From Octopus sinensis (taxonomy: Eukaryota), in the NCBI RefSeq assembly GCF_006345805.1, contig NC_042998.1:182528001-182592000 (forward strand): a stretch of 64,000 bases of DNA, in the 5' to 3' direction. The notes beneath the pieces were generated by a model. That model searched no databases and was not told the DNA's origin. It saw only the letters and a program-made list of their open reading frames with translations. Both the position numbers and the translations under genes were made by a program. Below, in pieces: positions 14,321-28,436 of this stretch. Positions within the stretch are counted from its first letter, which is position 1. Each line of letters starts with the position of its first letter.

Positions 14321-15701
14321 ATATTCAATCTCTTTATAAACAAAGTGTGTACACAAATAAAAAAATAAAATTAGTGTTTATGTTACAAAAATATGCTCAA
14401 GGCTCACTAGGTACACATTTAGAAGCAAGAAACCATCATACATTAATTTCTAGAAACTGGGGGTTATTCAACGTGGTCCATTGAATAATGCCATGACTAG
14501 TTCTGTTTTCTGTTATTAAATGACTTGATTATGGAACTATGGTGTATGTATTTTCATAATTTCATGGTCTGCCAAGTTCTAGAATTTATATAGTGTGGAG
14601 TAAACTGACAAATAACATCCAGTTTTTTCTTGAAGACGTATATCAGTCTGCACTTGTGACAGATGATGGTTTTGTGTTCCTTTAATGTAACATACAGTTT
14701 GCATAGAGTGAAGTATTTTACATGGTTTTCAGCATGTAATTGTGATGCTAGTATTTTCACTTTGTTGCTTATTATATTAGTATCAGTGCACATTTCGATG
14801 ATTGAGATTTTGGAAAGTTCTATTTACTTAGTATATTTAGGAATTTGTGTAATTTATAATTATTTTATTAGATTAATTGATTCTGTTTCTAAGTGTGTAA
14901 GATTTCTAATTCATGGAAGCTTTTTTTTTCTGAAGCCCAATTTATTATGAAGCCATGAGTATGTTTGTATACTTTATACAAAAGAAGTCATTAACTTTAT
15001 TCCTTTTATTAAATATTTAGTTTTCTCCCACAGACACTTTACACAAAGCTTTTATTATTTAATTGTTTATTATTCAGTGAGTAATTGAGAGACTACAACC
15101 CCTATCTAGTACAATACAATGTTAAGGTTAGCTATATATGCCTAGATAGTACAGACTCAAAAAAAAAGAAATCTTTCACAAAAATCGGAGCCTCACAAAG
15201 AGCACCGACTTCTTCAATCTGGACACTACTGCAAAAATACAACAAAATGGCTTTTGGATGGAAAATGCCAATTGAACTGTAGCTTTAAACATTACATGGA
15301 GCTACAGTAAAACATTAGCTAATATTGTTATGGCATATATAATGTTTACAGAGAACAGATATAAATTCTGCAGATTCTGGGTCACAACCAAATCAACTTC
15401 ACTGTCACAATACTTCTGGCAGCTCAACAGTAAATAAATACACACACAGTGGGATATTGTTGGTAAAGATAGACCACAGGATTCAGATAGTAACATTTAT
15501 ATCAGAGAAAAATCCCCACAAAATAATAACATATAATACATCAAAAAGAAGTGAACTTGTTATGAAATCCACAGAATAAAATTAATAGAGTGTGATTTCC
15601 ACAACAGATAAATTCAACAGTCATTGCTGAGTGAAAGATTAACTCAGTTGAGAAACGTTGATTATGGAAACCAGAAAAAATATGTCTAAAACAATTATCA
15701 C

Positions 15702-15755
15702 GTCAGTGTAAGATAGGTCTCCTTTAACAGATTTGTCAAGTGAAGACTTGGATCT
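15702..15755 (-). CDS. Micro-exon 14 (RSKSSLDKSVKGDLSYTD)
   Basis: Acceptor tttttgttttattttatAG, weaker donor GTgata, 54 nt, phase 0. Confidence 0.7.
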
Positions 15756-15896
15756 CTATAAAATAAAACAAAAATAGAAACATTTTTATAGTGGTAGATA
15801 TATTTAAGGATATATACATAAAATACTATAACATATGTAATTTACTGTAAAACTTCAAATGTTTCAGTTAAAAAAAATAAGCCACACACATACACA

Positions 15897-16790
15897 TATT
15901 GGGCCATCCCATAACTAATGCATTTTTTTTATACCTCTTTTATTTTTCAAAATTAAGATAAACAAAGTTCTTTTTTAATCTAAGATATACTCTCCTTTTC
16001 TACATTGCTCTTCCATCTATCTGGTAGACTTGAAAGGCCCCCTTTCCAAAATTCACTTGTCCGTGACAAAAAATACTCCTCCAATACTGTTCTGACCTCG
16101 CCTACAGAATTCATATTTTTTCGTCCAAATGATTTTGAAAACTGCAGAATAAATGATAATCAGATGGGGCAATGTCTAGTGAATATGGAGCGTGGGGTAT
16201 CATTTCTCATTCAAACTGCTCCAGCCTTTGGAATGTCATCCTCTCTGTATGTGGCCAAGCATTATCCTGGTGGAAGAATATCTTCTGTTTTGAAACCAAA
16301 GATGGTCATTTTCCTTCTAGTGCTGACTTAAGCCACTCAAGCTACTTACAGTAGATCTCCTTTTTTATCATTTGATTTAATTTTAATAATTCAAAGTGGA
16401 CTAAACCTTTCATATCCCACCAAACAGATAACAACACCTTACATGGGTGAAAGCCTTCTCTAGCCTGGAGTGTCAGTGTTTCCTCTTTCCCTACCTACTG
16501 TCTTTGGCACTTGGCATTTTTATAGAGAACTCATTTCTTGTCACCAGTCACTATTCGATCCAAAAAATGTTCATTCGTGAGATTTGACAGCAAAGAAGAG
16601 CCACACATTCATTCTCTGTGAGCAATTAGACTTGGAAAGGTTGTGAGGAACCCATTGGCACAATTTGCTGACTTTTCTAATGGCATGCAGGTGTCAATGA
16701 ATGGTTGAATGACCAAATCCAAGCTTCTCTGCTAGTTCCTCAACAGTTATGATGGGGTTTCATTCCACCAGGCTTTGCAGGATGTCTTCA
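15897..16790 (-). mobile_element. Degenerate mariner transposase remnant
   Basis: WVPHNL motif (16637-16654), degraded TGDEKW region, C-terminal EYFLSRTSEFWKGGLSSLPDRW; stops and frameshifts. Confidence 0.85.
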
Positions 16791-16839
16791 TCCAACTATA
16801 CAGATCTTCCAGGACAAGGCTCATCTTCTAGGTTGTAGT

Positions 16840-17250
16840 TTCCGGCTTGGAATTTCTGAGCCGGTGGCACATAAAAAGCATCATCTGAAGGTGGCTGATG
16901 CCAGCGCTTTCTAGACTGGCTTCCATGCCGGCGGCACGTAAAAAGCGCTATCCAAATCGTGGCCAATGCCAGCGCCGCCTTGACTGGCTTCTGTGCTGGT
17001 GGCACGTAAAAAGCACCATCCAAATCGTGGCCGTTGCCAGCCTCACCTGGCACCTGTGCAGGTGGCACGTAAAAAGCACCCACTACACTCACAGAGTGGT
17101 TGGCGTTAGGAAGGGCACCCAACTGTAGAAACACTGCCAGATCAGACTGGAGCCTGGTGCAGCCTTCTGGCTTCCCAGATCCCCAGTCGAACTGTCCAAC
17201 CCATGCTAGCATGGAGAATGGACGTTAAACAATGATGATGATGATGATGA
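16840..17250 (+). mobile_element. RTE-LINE 3' end / RTE-tail repeat. Other copies: 18490-18800, 24050-24350, 27550-27895, 32850-33095, 39630-40045, 56010-56280, 62670-62990, 63920-64000 (+); 18950-19080 (-)
   Basis: Tandem ggtggcacgtaaaaagcacc units, gtggttggcgttaggaagggcatccag, ending aaacgatgatgatg; the same tail terminates the RT-bearing element at 40945-42690. Confidence 0.85.
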
Positions 17251-17897
17251 CCATTGTCACTGGCTTACATTTATTGTCCGATTCCCATAGACTGCATTAA
17301 TATTCCTTGCACTTTCTGTTGCATTGTTGCCTTTATTGAACTCATAAAGTCAAATATGCTGAATATGCTTCTTTGTCACTTCCATTATAACTTTGAAAAA
17401 ATAACTGTTAAAGTCAAACTGCACTCTTCAAAACTTGCACTAAGAATAAGTACAAGGTGAAATTCCCACCTGCTTTTATGGCAAGTTGATGCAGGTAGTT
17501 TATCCAATCTTCTTCCAATTTTTAGTTCATGCAATTGAAAAAGCTGCATTATTTATCGGATGATCCAATATATATATATGTGTGTGTGTGTGTGTGTTGG
17601 TGGTGGGAAATGCAAAACTCTTAAAAGTAATTACAGCATTATGATAATGACTAACACTCTACTTTTCCTAAAATACCTCTGGCTTTTACTCCAATGAAAA
17701 ATATCCACTTAATAATCTCTATATAATAAAGCTTACATCACTGCCAAAACACTATTTTTAACTCAATGTGTTAGTACTTAGATGTGTATGTGTGTGGCTG
17801 TGTGTATGTGTGTGCACACTTGCGTGTACATGCATACACACTTATACACATATAGTTCAGTCTTGGGGAATCACATCAATATATTCAAGATATATAC

Positions 17898-17945
17898 CAT
17901 TTCAGGGTCTGAAAGCTGTTTCTTGGGAATCTTGTAAACTTTTGA
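17898..17945 (-). CDS. Micro-exon 13 (SKVYKIPKKQLSDPEM)
   Basis: Acceptor ttttcattttattttatAG, donor GAAATG|GTatat, 48 nt, phase 0. Confidence 0.83.
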
Positions 17946-18029
17946 CTATAAAATAAAATGAAAATAGAAACAAATCTTTGAATTTATTACGAAATTAAGT
18001 ATAAATTGCTGCAACAGGAAAATTATATT

Positions 18030-18320
18030 GCTTATATGAGAGTTAAAGATGTTATGTATATAAAAATCCATATTATTGCATAAATGCTATTTTTACAATG
18101 ATAGCATAATAGTGCTAATATACATACATACATGCATGCATACATACATACATACATACATACATTACATACATACATATGCATGCATGCATACATAATA
18201 CATATATGCATGCATGCATACATAATACACATGTACATACATATATGCATGCATGCATACATAATACACATGTACATACATATATGCATGCATGCATACA
18301 TAATACATACATACATACAT
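18030..18320. repeat. Compound microsatellite/minisatellite (catgcatgcatacataatacacatgtacatacatatatg units)
   Basis: Directly visible tandem units of ~38 bp built from ATGC/ATAC motifs. Confidence 0.8.
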
Positions 18321-19347
18321 ATATATATACTTTATTTCAAAGCAGCAGAAATTTGTTAACAAAAACTGTCCGACGAACGGGAACGTGAAACTCAGAGTAA
18401 CAGGTTTTGTTGAATTTCTGCTGCTTTGAAATAAAGCATATTACTCTACCCCTGGTATTTGAGTACTCTTTTTTCCATCTTGTTTCACATTTATGTGTTT
18501 ACTCCGGTAGCCAGTCGACTTATACATACCTTTCCTTCTTGGGACACAAAACTCCACTTGTGAAGACCCGTTGAGGCAAGTGAAAATCAAAATCAAACCA
18601 AATCAAATCAGATATCAGAAAGCAGAACCAAAATCGAAGTCGATCAACATCAATGGAAATTGCAGCTGTGATACCAGTGCCGGTGACAAGTAAGCGAACC
18701 ATCCGATCGTGGCCGTTGCCAGCACCGCCCCGACTGGCCTCCGTGCTGGTGGCACGTAAAAAGCACCATCCGTTCGTGATGATGATGATGATGATGATGA
18801 TATATATATATATATTATATATATATATATATTTATATATACACACACACACACACACATATATACATATATATACACATATATATACACACACACATAT
18901 ATACATATATATATATATATGTACACATATATGTATACACACACACACATATATCATCATTATCAACATCATCATTTAATGTCTGCTTTCCATGCTGGCA
19001 TAGATTGGACAGTTTGACTGAGGACTGGCAAGCCAGAAGGTTGTACCAGGCTCCAATCTGATCTGGCAAACTTCCTTGCCATCACAATGTGGTTGTCCTG
19101 AAAGGGACAATGTTACTGTTATTTTAGCCCCAAGAAACATTGTTTCTAGCAGGTTATACAACACACTATCTATGTCCTTATAATTTCGAAGAGGGAGCTA
19201 GAAACGATGTTTCTTGAAGCTAAAACAACAGTAACACCTACCCTTTCAGGACAGACACATTATGTTGGCAAATAGCATTTACTTTAAAGAACTGTTACTG
19301 AATGTCTCTGTTTGAGAGATTTAGAAATAATGATATCTATATCTATA

Positions 19348-19386
<39 letters not shown>

Positions 19387-19394
19387 ATATATAT

Positions 19395-19497
<103 letters not shown>

Positions 19498-19829
19498 CAA
19501 AATGCTATTTTTCATTTGTCTTGCTTGCCTACGTTTCTGGTGTGCTAAATTTTCTGGAGAACAATTTCTTAGTGGTTGAGACTATAGCGGATCTTCTTCT
19601 AGCGTAAGGGTTTCCACATTGTGGTTCCCTCTTATATTTATGTAATTTATGTATATATATATATATATATATAGTTAATCCAAACATGAAAACACAACAA
19701 CATGAGGACGTGGAACAAGTATAGTGTTATTGGACGCTCAGGAAAGGAAAGAAAGAAGGAGGATTTAATGATTCAAGCAGAGCTCTTCGTCAGAAGTATA
19801 GGAGAAGGAAAGATCCAAGGAAGGGAAGA

Positions 19830-21775
19830 CGTGTCACGGGTATGGAAGCCAGTTGGCTGCTCTGGCAATGATCACGCTCGGATTAGCACCCTACTAGCAC
19901 ATGCACAAGTGCCAGTAAGGCGACGCTGTTAACAATCATACTTGAATGGTGCCCTTTTATGTGCCAGTGTCACAGAAGCCAGTTAGCTGCTCTGTCAATG
20001 ATCACACTTGTATGGTGCTCTTTGCACCCTGCTAGCACAGATGCTAGTCATCGAATTGATTTTGGTTTTGATTGATTTTGATTTCACTTGTCTCAACAGG
20101 TCTTCGCAAGCAGAGTTTAGTGACCAAAGAAGGAAAAGGTACACATAAGTGGGCTGGTTACACCCCTGGCATAGGCCACAAGGTTATGGTCTCATTTGGC
20201 TTGCCAGGTCTTCTCAAGCACAGCATATTTCTCAAAAGTCTCGATCGCTAGTCATTTCCTTGGTGAGGCCTAATGTTTGAAGGTTGTGCTTCACCACTTC
20301 CTGGGTCTACCTCTTCCACAGGTTCCCTCAACCGCTAGGGTGTGGCACTTTTTCACACAGCTATCCTCATCCATTCTCGTCACATGACCATACCAGCACA
20401 GTCGTCTTTCTTGCACACCACATCTAATGCTTCTTAAGTCCAACTTTTCTCTCAAGTTGAGTATGCACACTGACATTACACATCCATCGGATCATACTGG
20501 CTTCATTCCTTGCAAGCTTACGCATGTCCTCAGCAGTCACAGTCCATGTTTCACTGCCATGTAGCATGGCTGTTCGTACACATGCATCATACAGTCTACC
20601 TTTTACTCTGAGTGAGAGGCCCTTTGTCACCAGCAGAAGTAATAGCTGATAGTGACTCAGCAATTAGAGCAAGGTCGTCAGCATAGAGGAGTTCCGAGGG
20701 GCATCCTGTCTTGAATTCCTCCGTTTTTGCCTGGAGGACTATGATAAATAGGAGGGGAATGAGGACTGAACCCTGGTGGACCCCAACCTCTACCTTGAAT
20801 TCTTCAGTCTACTCGTTGCCAACCCATACCTTACTTACAGCGTCCCTGTACATAGCTTTCACAGCTCTCACCAACAATTCATCTATCCCTAGTTTCCTCA
20901 TTGACCACCAGATAAGAGATTGGGGTCCCTGTCAAAGGCTTTCTCCATGTCAACGAAAGCCAGGTACAGGGGCTGCAGTTGGGCTATGACCCTCCCCGTA
21001 ACCTTCATACACATTACGATTCTCTCTCACACACTGTCTTGCAACACAAAGCACCTCAAGTCTTTGGTCCTCACGGCGCAGAACATTGGCAAATTTTTTC
21101 TTATCTGCTTCCCCTCTGGCTAAATAAACATGCCTCCTAGCTTCCCTTCTGGCAGTCTGATACACTTCCCTGCTACCACCATTCTTCCAGTCCTTCCAAG
21201 CCTGTTTCTTTTGTCTAATAGCCTTGTCAACAACATTGTTCCACCACCACGTAACTTTGGGTCGAGAGGGGACTTTGTACCATCCACAGATCTGGTCGGT
21301 GGCCCTAAGCAGGTTGTCTCGTAAGAACCTCCAGTTGTCTTCTATACCATGTGAAGCTATATCCCCTTCTATTTTGTCAAGGGCTCTGAGTAATATGTCT
21401 CTAAATCTCTGTCCATTTGCAGGATCTTTAAGTCTCCAGACCCTTCTTCTCCTTGTGGGTCGTCTTCTGGGCATCTATTTAGCCCTGATCCCGAAGTCAC
21501 TAACTACCAGTCTATGTTGTGGGGTACATTCTTTGCCAGGGAAGGTTTTGGCATTTATAAGCAGCCATCTTTCCCTTTTTCTGGTGAGGATCTAGTCAAT
21601 CTGACTAGTGTGTCTGCCAGATCGGTAGGTGACTAGGTGGCTGGCAGGTTTTCTGAAGTTACTATTGCAAACCATAAGATCATTTGCATCACAGAACTCC
21701 AGCAGCCTGGTTCCCTTCTCATTGTGAGAGCCAAAACTGTAGCCTCCACGTATGCCATGGAAGCCCCCGACATGT
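19830..21775 (-). mobile_element. RTE-clade LINE fragment (endonuclease C-terminus, RT, 3' UTR), degraded
   Basis: WRLKDPANGQRF, WWWNNVVDKAIRQKKQAWKDWK, VGVHQGSVL, KGRLYDACVRTAMLHGSETW, GRGRPRKW. Confidence 0.92.
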
Positions 21776-21776
21776 T

Positions 21777-21839
<63 letters not shown>

Positions 21840-23185
21840 GCGTGTGTATATATATATATATAAATATATTATATGTGTGTGTGTGTATATATATATTATT
21901 TTTATTGTTTTTCCTGTCTGTCTTTTTATTGTTTTTCCAGTCCGTCTTTGTACTGCGTATCTGTCTGTATGATTTTTTTTTGTCTGTTGCATTTTTGTGA
22001 ATTATATATACATATATACAACTCTTTTACTCTTTCTTTTAATTCCCCTCATAATTTCTTCTTTCCTTCCTCTTTTCTTTTTCTTGCTCTCCTTGTCTCA
22101 CATTTATTGGCCTTCTCTTTCTTCCCTTCCCTACTTTCCCTCCTCGTTTATCCCCCTTGTACCTTTCTCTATGTCCTTTTGATTTCTTCTCTTTCACACT
22201 CTTCCCCTAATTCTTCAATCCCTCTGCCTCCTACCTCTCCCATTTCCTTCCATATAATCAGTGTTCAGCCAAGCATAATCTTTCTTTCTTGGCTCGAATG
22301 CTGGCTGCAAAGCATCTCTTATATTCCTGTCTCATGACTTACATTACTTATATTCATCTAAGTGTTCCTGCCTCAAGGCTTTCACTCTACACACAACAGC
22401 TCAATTAGATTCATCTTTATTAGTCAAAAGATACCTGTTGTTATTTTCTTGTTTGTATTAATAATTGTGTAACGTTTTCTCTATTTTTTGTCCTTGTCAT
22501 ACACATTTACTTGCTTTTCCCCAAAAATTGTAATGCTCTTAGCTTAGATATTTGGGGCCAGCCAGATTTGAACAGTCTCAAGTGTAATTGGCTGAAACTG
22601 TAAGGATCATCTAGAAACTTGACCGATGAGAGAAGGCTGTGAATGACCTGTCCTTGTTTTTTTCCTGTCTGCCTTTTTATTGTCTTTCTTGTCCATCTTT
22701 GTATCATCTATCTGTCCATTTGTTTTATCATTGTCTGCTGTGTTCTTGATTTTATATATATGTGTGTGTGTATGTGTGTGTGTGTGTGTGTACGATGAGT
22801 ATATAGGGATAAATTATCCAGGCAGGCACTATAAGAGCTCTCAGGTAAAGTCCAGGTAACCCACTGTAATTCTTATGATGGGTAAATCTAGGTTTGCTTT
22901 GCTGGATTATGAATATTTTCAGGAGTGCAAATTCAAAACAATTACAAAGAATATGGAGACTGGTATGCTGTATAATTAACTGTTAAATTAAAAGAAAAGT
23001 TTGAAGATGTACTAGTCTCCATATTCTTTGTAATTGTTTAGGCTTTACACTCTCAAACACACACACACACACACACACACATGTGTATATATACACACAA
23101 ACAGATAGATACATATAGACACATATAGATAGAAAGATATTTGCATCTCCCGCAGAAACCATATGAATATATCCAAAATACATAC

Positions 23186-23227
23186 TATATCAAGGCTGTC
23201 CTTTTTGAAACGTTTGCTGTCTTTTCG
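23186..23227 (-). CDS. Micro-exon 12 (RKDSKRFKKDSLDI)
   Basis: Acceptor ttttcattttattttacAG, donor GTatgt, 42 nt, phase 0. Confidence 0.82.
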
Positions 23228-23452
23228 CTGTAAAATAAAATGAAAATGGAAAAATCTTCTAAGAAAACAAATGCATATCATGATTAGAAATTGCTGGATG
23301 TAAGAAATTATGGAAAATGTGATAATGAAATTGATAAAATAATGCACATTTAAATGTGTGTGTATGTATATATTCGTGTGTGTATGAATGTATGCATATA
23401 TGTATCTATGTGCATGTGTGTGCATATATACATACATATATATATATATACA

Positions 23453-23509
<57 letters not shown>

Positions 23510-25543
23510 TATATATATATTTTTTTTTTTTTTTAATTATGAGTATAATTATAATTAGGGTTCGGCAAAAAAATTTGCTTCACCACATACTGAACTTTAG
23601 AAATAGCAGCCAAAGAACCTAGCTATTTCTTCTACTGTAAGAAACAACTCCCAGACAATATATACTGAAAAACAATAATTAATTGATTAATCAATTAATT
23701 CATTTTACCCTTTATTATTATTGATTATACATGTATATATAATATATATATATATTAATCAAAGTATATAGCATTATGGAAACCATTTCAATTAATGTTA
23801 TCAATTGGAATCACACCAGCTATTGAATAACTGGATATTAGATAACAACATGATTAGGTGGTGCCACATGCTCTTCAGAGATTGCATCTTTGGAGCTGAA
23901 GTACATATATCGTTATTTAACATTGCTGATATATAGTATCCAGTTATTTAACACAGTGCAAAACTGATTGGTAAGTTTGGCTGAAACTTATCTATAATAC
24001 AGTAATACTTTGATTAATATACACACTTTATTGACAAATAGTGGCATGTGAAAAGTTCCATCTGAAAGTGGCCAATACCAGTGCCCCAAAACTAGCTCCT
24101 GTGCTGGTGGCACATAAAAAGCACTATCCGAACATGATTAATGCCAAGCCTGCCTGACTGGCTCCTGTGCTGGTTGTACTTAAAAAGCACTCACTACACT
24201 CTCGGAGTGGTTGGTGTTAGGAATCACTGTAGAAACACTGTCAGATCAGATTGGAGCTTGGTGCAGTTGCTGGCTCTCCAGGCCTCAGTCAAACAGTCCA
24301 GCCCATGCCAGCATGGAAAACAGATGTTAAACAATGATAATGATGATGATGATAATATGGGTGGTTTATTAGCAATTTAACAACCTAAAGGCAAATTTAT
24401 AATCGTTACTAAAGTGACAGAGGGTACTAAGTGGTATAAGCAGTGCTAGAAATAAAGAGTCAAAACGACTCTATAGCCACAAATGCACTGTCTTAATGGC
24501 TGACAAGGGAGATAAATTCCCTAGCAGATGTAGCTATATCGCTGGCAATTTTAAAATTTTGATGCAGGGTATCTCAATTCTCATCTCTGTGGCTCTTACC
24601 ATGCCTAGGTTTAAACTCAACTCACCTTGTCAGCTTATAAGAAAACCATTGAGCTCATGCGCTGATTTCAAAAATGGTAGAAGTTAAAACTATAACTAAT
24701 ATGGGTGGCTTATTAGCAATTTAACAACCTAAAAGCAAATTTATAGACATCACTAAAGGGACAGAAGGTATTAAGTGATACCAACATTGCTAAAAAATAA
24801 GAGTCAAGATGAAAATTAAGATGCTCTGCATCAAAATTCAAAATTGCCAGCGATATGGCTACATCCGATAGGGAATTTATCTCTCTTGTCAATCATTAAG
24901 ATAGTGCATTTGTGGCTATAGAGTCGTTTTGACTCTTATTTCTAGCAATGCTAACACCACTCAGTACCCTCTGCCACTTTAGTGATGTGTATATATATAT
25001 ATATATATATACATACATACATACATACATATATATATATATATCACATAATCACATGACCGACCAGACCATCAGATGTTGCTACACATCGCTGGTCACA
25101 ATGCGCTTCACATTGTTTTAGCCTTTGAACGACGCCACCCCGCTGGCTAAGCGAGCAGGCCAATATATATATATATATATCTAAAGTGAGATAGGGGTTG
25201 CGAGTGTAACCCACTATAGGATAACATTTATCCAGTATACTGCCAGTAAAGTGCCCAGAAAGGCTAATACATAAATGCTAAGAATTGCAATGCATTTAAT
25301 TCATTTATTGTATTATATGGGCGAAGGTAAAATGTTTTACCTCAAATTCATAATACAAAATAAGAAAATGGAGGAATATGTCTTGTTCTTATGGTATTAT
25401 CTTACTCATTGATGTGTACTGTTTTATTCTGTATTATTCTGTTTAATCTGGATGTTCCTAAATAATTAGTTAATAAATTATATGAATTGGTATTATCTAG
25501 TAGTTGATGATTGATTAAAATCTATTCCTCCATTTTCTTATTT

Positions 25544-25581
<38 letters not shown>

Positions 25582-26127
25582 CATATATATATACATATAT
25601 ATACATATTTGTTTTTACTCTTTTTACTTTTTTACTCCTTTCAGAAATTTGACTGTGGCCATACTGGAGCACCGCCTTTAGTCGAACAAATTTTCACCAG
25701 GACTTATTCCTTGTAAGCCTACTACTTATTCTATTGGTCTATTTTGCTGTACCACTAAGTTATGGGGATGGAAACACACCAACAACAGTTGTCAAGCAAT
25801 GGTAAGTGGTGAACAAACACACACACACACACATATATATATACATGATGAGCATCTTTCAGTTTCTGTCTATCAAATCCACTCATAAGGTTTTGGTCGG
25901 CCCGAGGCTATAGTAGAAGACACTTGCCTAAGGTGCCATGCAGTGGGACTGAACCTGGAACCATGTAGTTGGGAAGCAACTTCTTCTTACCAAACAACCA
26001 CTCCTGTGCACATACATACATACATACATACATACATACATACATAAATACATACACACACACATATATACACACATATACATATGTGTATATGTATGTA
26101 TATGTGTGTAATGTGTGTATATATATG

Positions 26128-26166
<39 letters not shown>

Positions 26167-26214
26167 TACCATTTCAGCCTCAGGAAATCAAATCAATAAA
26201 TGTAAGATATATAC

Positions 26215-26259
26215 CATTCTTTTGCTTGTCTCTTTCTTTAATTTGCCTACAATGTCATC
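26215..26259 (-). CDS. Micro-exon 11 (DDIVGKLKKETSKRM)
   Basis: Acceptor tttttattttattttgcAG, donor ATG|GTatat, 45 nt, phase 0. Confidence 0.83.
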
Positions 26260-26659
26260 CTGCAAAATAAAATAAAAACAAAACATTTCTCATCACACTT
26301 ATAAATCAAATATATTCCATGATTGCAAATTGCACGACAGAAAATATATTTTAAAATGCAAAGTAACTTTTGAAACTGATAAAATTTGAAATGAGTATAA
26401 ATGTGTGTGTGTGTAGTAAAATTCAATAAAAAAGACTACAAGGAACTAGCCATGAGGAGTCAAGAATCCAATATTTTAGTCAGAATCCTTCTTCAGGGAA
26501 AAGCTGTCAAGAGTGATACTAAAGAGGGATGGCAGAGTTTTACATCCTCTGTGCAAGAAAAAAAGCTAGTTACTGCTGATGAGAAACACAAGACCATTTG
26601 AACTTCCTACATATAGAGAAAGTACTAAGAGAGATAATTTTTGTGGTGTAGTAGAACTG

Positions 26660-27235
26660 AATCGAATCTCATCACTGCTTTACCCTGACATAGTAAAGAC
26701 ACCAACCGTGCTCCAAACCTCTTAAACTCATTTTCTTTTCTAGTTGGGCAGTTCAAACCTCTTTTCACCACAGACATTAAATCAATCTACACAGTCAACC
26801 TTCACAATAATTGCCTGTCAACCCTCAAAAAGCTTTCAAAACCGTTGCTCTCCATCTGTACCAAGCACTAGAAGACTCATTTGCATAGCTAAGCTTGTCT
26901 TGACCCTCAGTTGATCTATTTTTTCTGGGGAAATATATCAACATGTTCACTATAGGAACCCTAATTGTGCAAACCCCTCTGCAGGCCACATTGAAGTACA
27001 AATTCACCAGACTAATCCCAGAGTTGTATAGTAATTATATTAACAATTGCGTTGGTGCAAGTATATCCAATATCTCTGTTAATTTTTTTGATATCTCTTC
27101 CACCATAAGCAACATCTACCTGCATATTTCTATACACTACAAGCCTACTGACTCTTCTCTCCCCTACTCTTCTTCTCACTCCAAACACATTAAATCTTCC
27201 ATACTATTTATAATACTTTCATATATATTTTCATC
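26660..27235 (+). mobile_element. Penelope-like RT remnant
   Basis: Degraded LFTxDxKSxYT, YI(N)NCVGA and HYKPTDS...YSSSH.KHIKSSI motifs. Confidence 0.7.
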
Positions 27236-27855
27236 ATTATCTTCCGATTTGTAGCACCCATTTAGTGGAAGAGGAGATAGGTAACTCCTTAATACAAAGG
27301 TTTTGGGTTTGGAGAATAGTTTTCCACACTCAATTGTTACATGTTAACATTTCTTTTGGGTCAAATTTCATCTATATACCAATGGAAAATGTGATTAAAT
27401 TCAGCTGTTTGTCAACATAGTAAATATTTGGGGCAGAGATATTCAAAAAGTCCACAAAGAAACTACTACTCCCATTGAAATATTTATAACAGCAGAAGCA
27501 ATTATTCCAATTTCTGCTGATATATATATAATATATATATATATATTTCTGTACCTTGGCATGTAAAAGGGCACTATTCAAGCGTGATCATTACCAATGT
27601 CGCTTCATTGGCACCTGTGCTGGTGGCATGTGTAAAAAGATTCGAGTGAGGTCATTGCCAGTACTGCCTGACTGGCCCCCGTGCCGGTGGCACATAAAAA
27701 GCACCCACTACACTCTCGGAGTGGTTGGTGTTAGGAAGGGCACCCACCTGTAGAAACTCTGCCAGATCAAGACTGGAGCCTGGTGCAGCCATCTGGTTCG
27801 CCAGACCTCAGTCAAATCGTCCAACCAATGCAAGCATGGAAAGAGGACGTTAAAC

Positions 27856-27893
<38 letters not shown>

Positions 27894-28436
27894 CATACAT
27901 AGCGAGAAGTTGAGGTTATAAGAGATAATGGTGTCATTGAGACCCAAGGGTGTCAGGTAATGCTGAATAAGTGCTATAGACAGACCATAATTAATTTCCA
28001 GATTCAGTAATTTTGCTGTATATAAATTCTCTACTGGGAATGACAAAGTTTAAAAATCTGCTGAATCTCACTCATAAAGGAATCTTACATTGCTTATAAA
28101 CTCTATATTTGGAAGGACTCATTTTAAACTCAGTTGGACTTTAGTCATAGGAAATTGGAATATTGTATATATACCATTATGCCTGAAAAATGGATTTAAA
28201 ACTTCAATACCCATGCATATCTTGCATCTATTTTCTTTCCTCCACCTCACTCTCTATTTTGTATTGTATCACATCTAAACTAACTATGACTTAACTATAC
28301 TCTCACACCATCTCTGATGAAGGGATATAATTAATAAATATCCTAGAAACAGCTGTAAGACCTTCTATCTATATATGCTCTAATATCTACACAGTCTTGA
28401 TTTTTTATCTTATTCCACAAAAAATTCTTATATATA

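Noticed and set aside
15330-15480. Plus-strand exon candidate after tgtttacAG
   Set aside because: No clear donor, no partner exons and no recognisable peptide. Similar isolated plus-strand sites (31590-31660, donor at ~59870) do not form a consistent gene.
26401-26601. 66-aa plus-strand ORF (KFNKKDYKELAMRSQ...)
   Set aside because: It starts in a (TG)n tract, has no recognisable motif or splice support, and lies next to a Penelope remnant, so it is probably TE debris.
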